NCBI GenBank assembly: GCA_023131895.1
Contig: JAGLYZ010000002.1
Coordinates: forward strand, 176,474-240,473
Source: Candidatus Parcubacteria bacterium
GTDB taxonomy: Bacteria > Patescibacteriota > Minisyncoccia > Minisyncoccales > JAGMDC01
Reading direction: 5' to 3'
DNA: 64,000 nucleotides
A model generated the notes under the pieces. The model was not told where the DNA came from, did not search any database, and worked only from the letters and a program-made list of their open reading frames with translations. Positions 55,939-64,000 of the stretch are shown one piece after another; the stretch's first letter is position 1; every line of letters begins with the position of its first letter. The translations under genes and the position numbers were made by a program.

Positions 55939-57192
55939 ATGACTTTACTTGAGAGAATTATTAAACAAAATCCCTGGTGGGAGAAAAAAGAGATAGAAGA
56001 AATCAAAAATTATCAAAAAAGATTTCTTCTAAAAGAGCTCTGGCAATATCGTGACGATTCTCAGATAATCGCTGTTTTGGGAATGAGAAGAACGGGTAAA
56101 ACCGTGCTTCTTTTACAAACGATTGAAAAATTACTCAAAAATATCCCTCCTAAAAAAATTCTTTATTTTTCTTTTGATGAAATTTTAGGTAAGGACCCGG
56201 AAATTATTGAAAAAGTTATTGAAATCTACGAAAACGAAATCCTTAAAGATGAATTAAAAAATGTCTATATCTTTTTTGACGAGGTCAACCATCTAAAAAA
56301 CTGGCAGGTTATCTTAAAAAGATACTATGACCTAAAAAAAAGGATTAAGTTTTTTGTTTCCTGTTCATCAAGTATTTATTTAAAAAAAACAAAAGAAAGC
56401 TTAGCCGGAAGAATTTATGAATTTGAACTCAAACCATTGGATTTTAAAGAATTTCTTTACCTGAAAGGAATAAAAATTGAAAATCTTAACCTTCAACAAC
56501 TCACCCTAAAAAAAGAACTTAATAAATATTTTCTTTCTGGTTCTTTGCCAGAGATTATCAAAGAAAATAACTTCCTGAAAATTAAAAAATATATTAATTC
56601 AATTGTAGATAAGGTTATTTTCTATGATATTCCTAAGGTCTATGATGTTGGCGAACCAGAAGTCTTAAAGAGTATCCTTTCTTTAATCGCTCAAAAACCA
56701 GGAATGCTTTTGGAATATCGGTCTTTGGCTTCGTCTCTGGGCATAAGTTATCAAACGGTCTCAAAATATGTTGGCTATTTAGAAAAATCATTTTTAATTA
56801 ACCTTATTTATAATTTTCGAGGCAGTCCCATAGCCAGAGCAAGAAAATTAAAGAAGGCATATTTAGGAACTGTAAATTTAGCTGCTGGATTTATGGATTC
56901 TGAAAAGGAACTATTAAATCAAATTCCGTTCTTAGCTGAAAATTTGGTCTGTTCTCATCTAAATGCTAAATGGTTTTGGAAAAAATATACAGAAATTGAT
57001 TTTTATCATCAAAATACACCTATTGAAATAAAATATAGTGATACAAAACCAGAAATTAAAAATAATCTTTTAGCAGTAAAATACTTGAGATCTAAAAAAT
57101 TATTAGTTATTACTAAAAACTTTGAAGGGAAAAAAGTAATGAAAGGAGTAAGTACTGAATTTATTCCTCTATGGAAATATCTGCTTTTATAA
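55939..57192 (+). CDS. AAA+ ATPase with C-terminal DUF4143-like domain (COG1373 type)
   Basis: NPWW N-terminus, GMRRTGKT Walker A, IFFDEV Walker B, 417 aa. Confidence 0.7.
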   Translation: MTLLERIIKQNPWWEKKEIEEIKNYQKRFLLKELWQYRDDSQIIAVLGMRRTGKTVLLLQTIEKLLKNIPPKKILYFSFDEILGKDPEIIEKVIEIYENEILKDELKNVYIFFDEVNHLKNWQVILKRYYDLKKRIKFFVSCSSSIYLKKTKESLAGRIYEFELKPLDFKEFLYLKGIKIENLNLQQLTLKKELNKYFLSGSLPEIIKENNFLKIKKYINSIVDKVIFYDIPKVYDVGEPEVLKSILSLIAQKPGMLLEYRSLASSLGISYQTVSKYVGYLEKSFLINLIYNFRGSPIARARKLKKAYLGTVNLAAGFMDSEKELLNQIPFLAENLVCSHLNAKWFWKKYTEIDFYHQNTPIEIKYSDTKPEIKNNLLAVKYLRSKKLLVITKNFEGKKVMKGVSTEFIPLWKYLLL

Positions 57193-57500
57193 AATTATTT
57201 GGAGGAATAATGTCGTAGATTAATATAAAAAAAATCTGCCTCTATATTAAGACAAATTGAACACCCTGCGGCTCCTAGAAGAATCTCCGGAAAAATATCT
57301 AAGTGGGCACTTCTTGTACGATCCACAGACCACACAAATATAGTCCCCAGAAAAAACTTTTGTCCAGAATCTAATTAGAACCCAGCAGGGCTCCGTTAGA
57401 AATTATCTTATTTATAGTTTCTAATGAAGCACCGCCGAATTTCTATCCTTTCTCCACTTTCATTATATATCTTTTAAAACCTGTGTCAACCCCCACCACA

Positions 57501-58568
57501 TCAGCGAAGTTTTAGAACATCAACCATTTGAGAAATAAAAGACAGCACTACTGGCGGAGGCATCAAGCTGTAAGAAAAAAGGTTTTTTTCATCGCGGACA
57601 ATCCAGGGTTTTTCAATTATTTTTACTTTTTTCTCTTTCTCGTCCCATTGATAGCAATATTCCGGAGTGATTTCATAGTCATCAGTAAATTCTTTGGCTT
57701 TGTTTGCTGGAATAGAATTTCTCAATAAAATTTTAGGAATGCCATACAAGGAAAATGCCTTTTTAATTAATGTCTCATCTAAGTTTAAACGTTCTTTTAT
57801 CGGTCCTATGCCTGATTCGTCTCCCTCTTTTTGAAGCATTTTAGCTTTCTTGCATTTTGGATTATCGCAAATTAGGAAAAACTCTTTTTTGTCCTTGTTG
57901 TAGCCGACTTTTGAAGTAGGCAGTAGCTTTAAATTTCTTGATGTTTGACAAACAGGACAAACTCTTCTCCATTTTATTCTTTCATCAATGACTTTTTCAG
58001 GCACATCAATTAAAACAAAAATATCCGGGTCTTCCCTATAATCAACTAAATCCCGAAAAAACAAAGAAAAACTTATTTGGTCTAATTCTCTGGGAAAGCC
58101 GTCAATAAAAATAGCTTTTCCTTTTTGCCGGGCTATTTCTCTTTTGACTAAAGCTAAAATCAGTTCTGTCGGCAGCAGCCTTTTAGTGCTTCTTGACTCC
58201 AATACAGAAATTATTTCATCGAGAGACTGCCATCCTCTATAATTTTTTTCTAAAAAGCTAATCAATTTCTTTTTTCTCTTATCATCTCTTAATTCTTTAT
58301 CAATTTCTCTTATCATATCACCAATGGAAAAATGAAAAATTTTTTCTGGCGCGACAATTTCTGCGAACATTTTGGCATAAGTCCCTTTACCTGAATTTTT
58401 TTTGCCTAAAAAATAAATAATAAAAGTGTGATTATCCAAATACTTTCTTATTTTTTTTATTTCATCGCCAGCCTTTAATTCAAAATACTCGCTCCTTTGT
58501 TTTGGATCGGTTAAATCAAATTTTTTATTTGCTCCTTTTGTTTTTGTTTTAAAAATTGGAAAGTTCAC
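57501..58568 (-). CDS. Divergent adenylate-kinase-like P-loop kinase with N- and C-terminal extensions (355 aa, GTG start)
   Basis: GKKNSGKGTYA P-loop, IDGFPR, LID-like CPVCQ...CDNPKC. Confidence 0.6.
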   Translation of the reverse strand: MNFPIFKTKTKGANKKFDLTDPKQRSEYFELKAGDEIKKIRKYLDNHTFIIYFLGKKNSGKGTYAKMFAEIVAPEKIFHFSIGDMIREIDKELRDDKRKKKLISFLEKNYRGWQSLDEIISVLESRSTKRLLPTELILALVKREIARQKGKAIFIDGFPRELDQISFSLFFRDLVDYREDPDIFVLIDVPEKVIDERIKWRRVCPVCQTSRNLKLLPTSKVGYNKDKKEFFLICDNPKCKKAKMLQKEGDESGIGPIKERLNLDETLIKKAFSLYGIPKILLRNSIPANKAKEFTDDYEITPEYCYQWDEKEKKVKIIEKPWIVRDEKNLFSYSLMPPPVVLSFISQMVDVLKLR

Positions 58569-58640
58569 GAAAACATACTAACATTTAAACATACTAACAT
58601 ATTAACAAAAGATGGATTTAAAAGATGTTAAAATGATTTT
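58569..58640. repeat. Family-1 palindromic element overlapping the 3' end of the next CDS
   Basis: catactaacatttaaacatactaacatattaac ... gatgttaaaatg. The right arm encodes the last residues (ILTSFKSIFC) of 58602..59480. Confidence 0.7.
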
Positions 58641-59480
58641 TTTGCCATCAGAAACAATTTTAATATCGCCATCTCTATCCGTTCTCAATATCTCTATGCC
58701 AAGCATTCCAAGAGTTTCCAATGTTTCAAAATTAGGATGGCCGTATCTATTATCTTTACCGCACTGAATCACAGCTATTTCCGGACTGACTGCTTGTATA
58801 AACTCTTGAGACGACGATGTCTTGCTTCCATGATGCCCGACTTTTAAAACATCTGAATCTAAAACAGCGCCTCTTTCCTTTAATTCTCTTTCCACAGATT
58901 TAAAAGCATCGCCGGTAAAAATAAAAGAATTTTCTCTGAAAACTAAACGAGAAATTATAGAAGTATTATTTACATTTTTCGCTTCCCTGCCTTCTAAATT
59001 ATCAAAAGGATAAATTATATCTAAATATGCTTCTCCAGCTTTAATTTTTTGACCGGCCTGCGCTATTTTAATATCTGCTCCTTGCTCCTGAATTAATTTT
59101 TGCCATTCTTTGTACTCTCCTGTATCCCTAATAATTCCTGTCCATAAGATATAATCTATATTATATCTTTTCAAAACTTTAATCAAGCCGGCAATATGGT
59201 CATGTTCTGGATGAGTTAAAATAATTAAATCAATCGTCCTGTCATAAAAAGGCATCTCCTTAGCTAATTTTTCAAGAACAGCTGAGGATGGGCCTCCGTC
59301 AATTAAAATCTGATGCCCTTCTGGCGTTTCAATAAAAATACTATCGCCTTGGCCTACGTCAAAGAAACTTACTTCCAGCATTTGCGGCTGGTTCAGCTCA
59401 AATACAACCGAAAAAGCTAAAACATTAGCCATAACTAATATTCCCAAAATCCCAAAAACAATCTTTTGATTATTTTTCAT
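58602..59480 (-). CDS. ComEC/Rec2-related metallo-beta-lactamase-fold protein with N-terminal membrane anchor
   Basis: DVGQGDSIFIETPEGHQILIDGG, THPEHDHIAG, GHHGS. Confidence 0.75.
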   Translation of the reverse strand: MKNNQKIVFGILGILVMANVLAFSVVFELNQPQMLEVSFFDVGQGDSIFIETPEGHQILIDGGPSSAVLEKLAKEMPFYDRTIDLIILTHPEHDHIAGLIKVLKRYNIDYILWTGIIRDTGEYKEWQKLIQEQGADIKIAQAGQKIKAGEAYLDIIYPFDNLEGREAKNVNNTSIISRLVFRENSFIFTGDAFKSVERELKERGAVLDSDVLKVGHHGSKTSSSQEFIQAVSPEIAVIQCGKDNRYGHPNFETLETLGMLGIEILRTDRDGDIKIVSDGKKIILTSFKSIFC

Positions 59481-59561
59481 TAATTAATAATAGCTTAAAT
59501 CAAATATAAAGCCCAGTGTTGATAAAACACCAGGCTTGAAATTCTAGAATATTCCAAAATT

Positions 59562-59729
59562 TTACTTATTCCCCATTATTCTAAACATCTTTGTCCCGCA
59601 TTTTGGACAAGTACCAGTCATAGCTCTTCTTTTAGCTCCTCCTTTTCCTTTCATGGTAACTTCTTTTGGATCGTTTATTTCTCTTTTTGCTTTACATTTT
59701 ACGCAATAAGCAGTAATTTTTTCAGCCAT
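59562..59729 (-). CDS. Small zinc-ribbon protein (55 aa, DUF5679-like)
   Basis: Own translation MAEKITAYCVKCKAKREINDPKEVTMKGKGGAKRRAMTGTCPKCGTKMFRIMGNK. Too short for the track. Confidence 0.6.
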   Translation of the reverse strand: MAEKITAYCVKCKAKREINDPKEVTMKGKGGAKRRAMTGTCPKCGTKMFRIMGNK

Positions 59730-59848
59730 AATTAAAATTATATTTAAAGTTAATAATTTTATTCTATATTTTCGACCTTTTCTATATTATTTGTTTACTA
59801 TACTTAAGCTTAAATTAAGCAAGAGATATAGTCAAGCCCCTAAAACCC

Positions 59849-60769
59849 TTAATCTATCTTTTTAGCCAGTTTCTCATAAATCTTCTTAATCTCTTGTTTT
59901 GCTTTTAAATTTGTTTCCAAAATCGGGGTTAAGCTGGAAATAGCTTTAAATATATTTTTATCGTAAGAAATTTTACCCAAAAATTTTGGACCAGCCCATT
60001 TTTCAATTCTCTTGCTCAAGCTAGAATTAATATCCCATTTGTTTATTACTATATTATAAGGGATATTAAAATGATTTACCACCTCTAAGACCCGATTTAG
60101 GTCAGAAAACCCGGAAGGAGTTGGTTCAGTAATCAATACAACAAAATCAGCACCTTGGAGAGAAGCAATTACCGGACAGCCAGTACCCGGAGCTGAATCT
60201 ATGAGCATAATATAATTATCCGCTTGCTTGTCCGCCGAAGCTTTAGCGAAGGCGGATGCTTCTTTTTTAATCTCGGTTACTATCTTGCCAGAACCAGTTT
60301 CTCCGGGAAAAAGCTGGCCAGAAACCAAGAAAAAGCCATACTTTGTTCTTTTAATTTTTATTTCACCATTTTTCACTGGTTTCAGCTTTACTGCTTTTTG
60401 AGGACAGATAACTTGGCAAGCAGCGCATCCCTCACATAAAAAAGGATTTATGACTGGCTTGCCTTTTTCCATTTTTATAGCATTAAACCGACACTTTTCA
60501 GCGCACAAACCGCAACCAGTACACTTTTTATAATCAATTACTGCCTTAGATGATGTAGAAATCTTCTTAATTTTCTGCCAATTCCTGTCTTCATTAAGCC
60601 ATATTGCTAAATTAGGAGCATCAACATCACAATCAACTGCCGCTATAAGGGACTGTCCTTCTTCCGCGAAAAGCATAGCTAAAGCAGAAGTAAGCATAGA
60701 TTTACCCACTCCTCCTTTTCCTCCTGAAACCACTAACTTAAATTCTTTTAATTTTTTATCTTTTTTCAT
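59849..60769 (-). CDS. MinD/ParA-type P-loop ATPase with inserted 2x[4Fe-4S] ferredoxin domain
   Basis: SGGKGGVGKS P-loop; CTGCGLCAEKC and CEGCAACQVICP. Contains the ASAFAKASAD GC-rich insert. Confidence 0.75.
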   Translation of the reverse strand: MKKDKKLKEFKLVVSGGKGGVGKSMLTSALAMLFAEEGQSLIAAVDCDVDAPNLAIWLNEDRNWQKIKKISTSSKAVIDYKKCTGCGLCAEKCRFNAIKMEKGKPVINPFLCEGCAACQVICPQKAVKLKPVKNGEIKIKRTKYGFFLVSGQLFPGETGSGKIVTEIKKEASAFAKASADKQADNYIMLIDSAPGTGCPVIASLQGADFVVLITEPTPSGFSDLNRVLEVVNHFNIPYNIVINKWDINSSLSKRIEKWAGPKFLGKISYDKNIFKAISSLTPILETNLKAKQEIKKIYEKLAKKID

Positions 60770-60771
60770 TT

Positions 60772-61611
60772 CTAAATACTAACTTTAAGCATTTTTCCTT
60801 TGGAATAGGCATTAACTATTTCTTTTGAATAAGGAATCTCTTTTACTATTTTGGTTTCGTGTTTTTTGGCAATTTTTTTAATTTCCTTTTTATCCCCTAA
60901 ATCTGCTTGATTTATAATTATTTTAGCTGGCACCTTAAGTTTTTTACACAAGTTTAAAATTAAATTTAAATCATAAGCGCCCATTGGAGTTGGCTCTGTA
61001 ACAGCATAAGCAAAATCACAGCCTAATAAAGCGCTGATGACCGGACAATGGATACCAGCTGCGGTATCAAATAAAATATAATCTGCTTTTATTGTCTTGG
61101 CAAAATCCAAAACAAATTCTTTAAGCTGGGTAACAACCGGCCCTGTTTCTTCTATCCCTGGCTTAGCCATTCCAGTTATTAAGTAAAGGCTAGTTTTGAC
61201 TTTATTTAAGTATATTTTTCCTATTTCTTCTTTTTTAGGTGTAATTGCGCTATAAGGACAAACAGCCCAGCAAGCGCCGCAGGCAGAACATAAATCTTTA
61301 ATAAATACCGGATACTTTCCCGGAGGTAAAAAAATGGCATTACTTTGGCAGGTCTTAGCGCAAAATCCGCATTTCCGGCACTTTTCCTTGCTTAATTTGG
61401 GAAATTCAGCAAATATTTTTTTAACTGGTTTTTTTAATTTCTCACCAATTAGCAAATAGTCATTTGGGCACTCCACATCACAATCGCAAAGAAGGACTGT
61501 TTTGTCCTTCTTTATAAATTCATTAGCCAATAAAACAGCTACTGTAGATTTTCCAGTTCCTCCTTTTCCCCCTGTCACTGCTAAAGTTTTAGTCATTTTA
61601 TTTTTCTCCAA
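60772..61611 (-). CDS. MinD/ParA-type P-loop ATPase with inserted ferredoxin domain (paralog)
   Basis: TGGKGGTGKST; CRKCGFCAKTC and CSACGACWAVCP. Confidence 0.75.
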   Translation of the reverse strand: MEKNKMTKTLAVTGGKGGTGKSTVAVLLANEFIKKDKTVLLCDCDVECPNDYLLIGEKLKKPVKKIFAEFPKLSKEKCRKCGFCAKTCQSNAIFLPPGKYPVFIKDLCSACGACWAVCPYSAITPKKEEIGKIYLNKVKTSLYLITGMAKPGIEETGPVVTQLKEFVLDFAKTIKADYILFDTAAGIHCPVISALLGCDFAYAVTEPTPMGAYDLNLILNLCKKLKVPAKIIINQADLGDKKEIKKIAKKHETKIVKEIPYSKEIVNAYSKGKMLKVSI

Positions 61612-61655
61612 ATAATAAATATAGTAATGGATTCTTTATTCTTTCCTTTTATATT

Positions 61656-62090
61656 TTAAACCTGTCTTCCTCCTCCTGCGCCGCCGCCTATGCCGCGGCC
61701 CATTCCTCTACCAGAACCTTGACCAAACCCTCTGCCGCCGAAACGGCCAGCTGATGTAGCAATTTCTGTTAATTGATTTTTCTCAAATTTATCTAAAGCT
61801 TCCATGCCAGTCATCCCTACTCCATTATAGAGTTTAATCCCTGATTGTTGTAAAACTGAAAAAGCATTAGGGCCGACACTACCCGTGATAACAACTGCTG
61901 CGCCTTCACTTACTACTGTTTGAGCAGCAGCAATGCCAGCGCCTCTTATCGCCTGAATACCGGCATTAGGAACAGCTTTTTCCATTTTTCCCTTTTCATC
62001 AACAATTAAAAAATACTGGCATCTTCCAAAAATAGGAGAAACTTGAGAATTTAAATCAGAACCATTTGAAGTTATGAGAATTTTTGCCAT
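61656..62090 (-). CDS. NifX/NifB-C-terminal-like (dinitrogenase FeMo-cofactor-binding fold) protein with Gly/Arg-rich tail
   Basis: VSPIFGRCQYFLIVD...GAAVVITGSVGPNAF, then GRFGGRGFGQGSGRGMGRGIGGGAGGG. Confidence 0.6.
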   Translation of the reverse strand: MAKILITSNGSDLNSQVSPIFGRCQYFLIVDEKGKMEKAVPNAGIQAIRGAGIAAAQTVVSEGAAVVITGSVGPNAFSVLQQSGIKLYNGVGMTGMEALDKFEKNQLTEIATSAGRFGGRGFGQGSGRGMGRGIGGGAGGGRQV

Positions 62091-62218
62091 ATTTTGCTAT
62101 ATTTTAAAATAATAATAAAATTGACCTTTTCATTTTTATTATACATTAATTATAGCTTTATTGAAAGTTGCCAAAAAATAAATTTTGGGGTATTGTAAAA
62201 TATAACCAAACTATTTCT

Positions 62219-63994
62219 ATGTCAAGCAAAAAACAAAGATTATTTCAAGAGCTTATAAAAGACAGCACTGACCCAAGATTGATTCAAAAGGCCTATCAAT
62301 TTGCTGAGAATGCCCATAGAAACCAAAAAAGGGCATCCGGAGAGGAATTTATTATACATCCTTTGCGTACTGCTATTTGTTTAAAAAAAGCAGGGCTATG
62401 TCCAACTACAATAGTTGCCGGCTTGCTTCATGATGTAGTAGACGACACTGATATAACTAATAATGAAATCAAAAAAGAATTTGGCAAAGAAATTGCCATT
62501 TTAGTGCAGGGAGTAAGCAAGTTAGGAAAAATTAAGTATCACGGCATTGAAAGGCAAGCGGAAAATTTCAGAAAGCTGTTTTTAGCTATGGCAGAAGATA
62601 TACGGGTGATTTTCATTAAATTATGCGATCGCCTCCATAATCTAAAAAGTTTAAACTATCTAAGGCCTGATAAAGCTAAAAGAATTGCATTAGAAACCAT
62701 TGATATTTATGCTCCTCTCGCCTACCGCTTGGGTATCGGGGAAATCAAAGGCAAATTAGAGGATTTTGCTTTTCCATATGCTTACCCTGACGAATACAAA
62801 AAACTTGTATCAAGGGTTAAAGATAGATATAAAAAACGAGAAAGTTATCTAAACAAACTTGTCCCAATTATTGAAAAAGAATTAAAAAAAGAAAAAATTA
62901 AACCTATCCAAATTAACTCTCGAGCAAAGCATTATTATTCTCTTTATCAAAAACTTAAAAGATATGATGATAATTTAGATAAAATTTATGATTTAGTCGC
63001 CCTGCGAATAATTGTTAAGGATGTAGAGCAATGTTATAAAACACTGGGTATTATCCATAAAATATGGAACCCATTGCCAGACAGAATTAAAGATTACATT
63101 TCCAAGCCAAAACCAAACCAATACCGTTCCCTGCATACTACCGTTTCCTGTATAGATAATAAAATCATTGAAGTTCAAATCAGAACTCCTGAAATGCATA
63201 AAGAAGCAGAACTCGGTATTGCTACTCACTGGTATTATTCAGAACAAAAAGGGCTAAAAACCTATATTAAAAGACTGGTTTCCAAACCGCCGGAACGAAA
63301 ACTATACTGGTTGAAACAATTAAGGGAATGGCAAAAAGAAACAAAGAAATTTTCTCCAGACAGATATTTAGAATCCTTGAAAATTGATTTTTTTGGCAAT
63401 AGAATTTTTGTTTTTACGCCAAAAAACGATATTATTGATTTGCCAGAAGGAGCCACGCCAGTAGATTTCGCATATGCTGTGCATACTGAAATAGGACATC
63501 ACTGCCAGGAAGCAAAAGTAAATGGAAAAATAGTACGTTTAAATCAAGAATTGAAAACAGGAGACAGGGTTAAAATTATAATAAACAAAAATAAAGTGCC
63601 GTCGCGGAACTGGCTTGATTTTGTTAAAACAAATTTAGCCAGAATTAGAATCAAACGATTCTTTACTCCAATAATAGAAAAAAAGAGAAAAATTTCTTTG
63701 CCTAAAATTCTTTCTTTTATGCCAATGCCTACCAAAAAAGAAAGAAAAAGTAAAAAAGCAATAAAAAAAGAAGAAAAAACTGTTGTTTCTTTAGAGGGAC
63801 AAACTTTAGAGAAGCAAAGAGGAATATTAATAAATATGGCAAAATGCTGTTCTCCTAAGCCAGGAGACAAAATCATTGCTTATGTTACAAAAAATCAAGG
63901 AGCCACTATACACAAAATTGACTGTGTTAATGTTAGAAAAGAAAAAGAAAAATGGCCTCAAAGAATTATTAAAACCACCTGGAAAAGAATTTAA
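62219..63994 (+). CDS. rel: RelA/SpoT-homolog bifunctional (p)ppGpp synthetase/hydrolase
   Basis: HD domain HRNQKRASGEEFIIHPL...LHDVVDD; synthetase YRSLHTTV; TGS FTPKNDIIDLPEGATPVDFAY. Start taken at MSSKKQ; the track ORF begins at an upstream TTG. Confidence 0.85.
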   Translation: MSSKKQRLFQELIKDSTDPRLIQKAYQFAENAHRNQKRASGEEFIIHPLRTAICLKKAGLCPTTIVAGLLHDVVDDTDITNNEIKKEFGKEIAILVQGVSKLGKIKYHGIERQAENFRKLFLAMAEDIRVIFIKLCDRLHNLKSLNYLRPDKAKRIALETIDIYAPLAYRLGIGEIKGKLEDFAFPYAYPDEYKKLVSRVKDRYKKRESYLNKLVPIIEKELKKEKIKPIQINSRAKHYYSLYQKLKRYDDNLDKIYDLVALRIIVKDVEQCYKTLGIIHKIWNPLPDRIKDYISKPKPNQYRSLHTTVSCIDNKIIEVQIRTPEMHKEAELGIATHWYYSEQKGLKTYIKRLVSKPPERKLYWLKQLREWQKETKKFSPDRYLESLKIDFFGNRIFVFTPKNDIIDLPEGATPVDFAYAVHTEIGHHCQEAKVNGKIVRLNQELKTGDRVKIIINKNKVPSRNWLDFVKTNLARIRIKRFFTPIIEKKRKISLPKILSFMPMPTKKERKSKKAIKKEEKTVVSLEGQTLEKQRGILINMAKCCSPKPGDKIIAYVTKNQGATIHKIDCVNVRKEKEKWPQRIIKTTWKRI

Positions 63995-64000
63995 TATTGA

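Noticed and set aside
55806-56006. A 66-aa minus-strand hydrophobic ORF overlapping the start of the AAA+ ATPase gene.
   Set aside because: It covers the ATPase promoter and 5' end, is low complexity, and has no SD or promoter of its own.
57193-57500. tmRNA, SRP RNA, RNase P RNA or 6S RNA in the 300-nt gap. CCCCCACCA at about 57490 looked like a tRNA-like 3' end.
   Set aside because: No T-arm or GGGG 5' partner for a tmRNA. No GGAA/AGCA SRP domain IV motif. No GAGGAAAGTCC RNase P motif. Left as an unexplained region only.

Overview
AT-rich (about one-third GC by eye), tightly packed bacterial window with almost all core genes on the minus strand. It holds most of the str/S10/spc/alpha ribosomal-protein superoperon in two blocks: rpsL-rpsG-fusA-tuf-rpsJ...rplO-secY-adk-map (52.7 to 34.5 kb) and infA-rpmJ-rpsM-rpsK-rpsD-rpoA-rplQ-rplM-rpsI (15.6 to 11.4 kb). 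It also holds a stand-alone 16S rRNA gene, tRNA-Thr, envelope and gluconeogenic genes (mreB, murA, ppsA-fbp-fba), rel, and small accessory islands: RelE-type and HEPN/MNT toxin-antitoxin pairs, a Cas4-like nuclease, a DUF4143-type ATPase and a MinD-ferredoxin/NifX cluster. No L30 gene, short rpoA/prfA/alaS, a divergent 16S and unlinked rRNA suggest a Candidate Phyla Radiation (Patescibacteria) type genome; this is inference. Main observations: (1) The 16S 3' tail lacks the CCUCC anti-Shine-Dalgarno. Core genes have no SD and often a -10-like box 5-9 nt before the ATG. A set of GC-richer cassettes instead carries canonical GGAGG-core SD sites; most also show TTGACA-type promoters and several a terminator. 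(2) At least three families of long AT-rich palindromic intergenic elements punctuate the ribosomal operons. (3) A perfect 27-bp duplication of the rpsI 3' end brackets a one-gene cassette. (4) A 26-nt GC-rich module sits in-frame in two unrelated genes. Coordinates of non-coding features were counted by hand and may be off by 1-2 nt.
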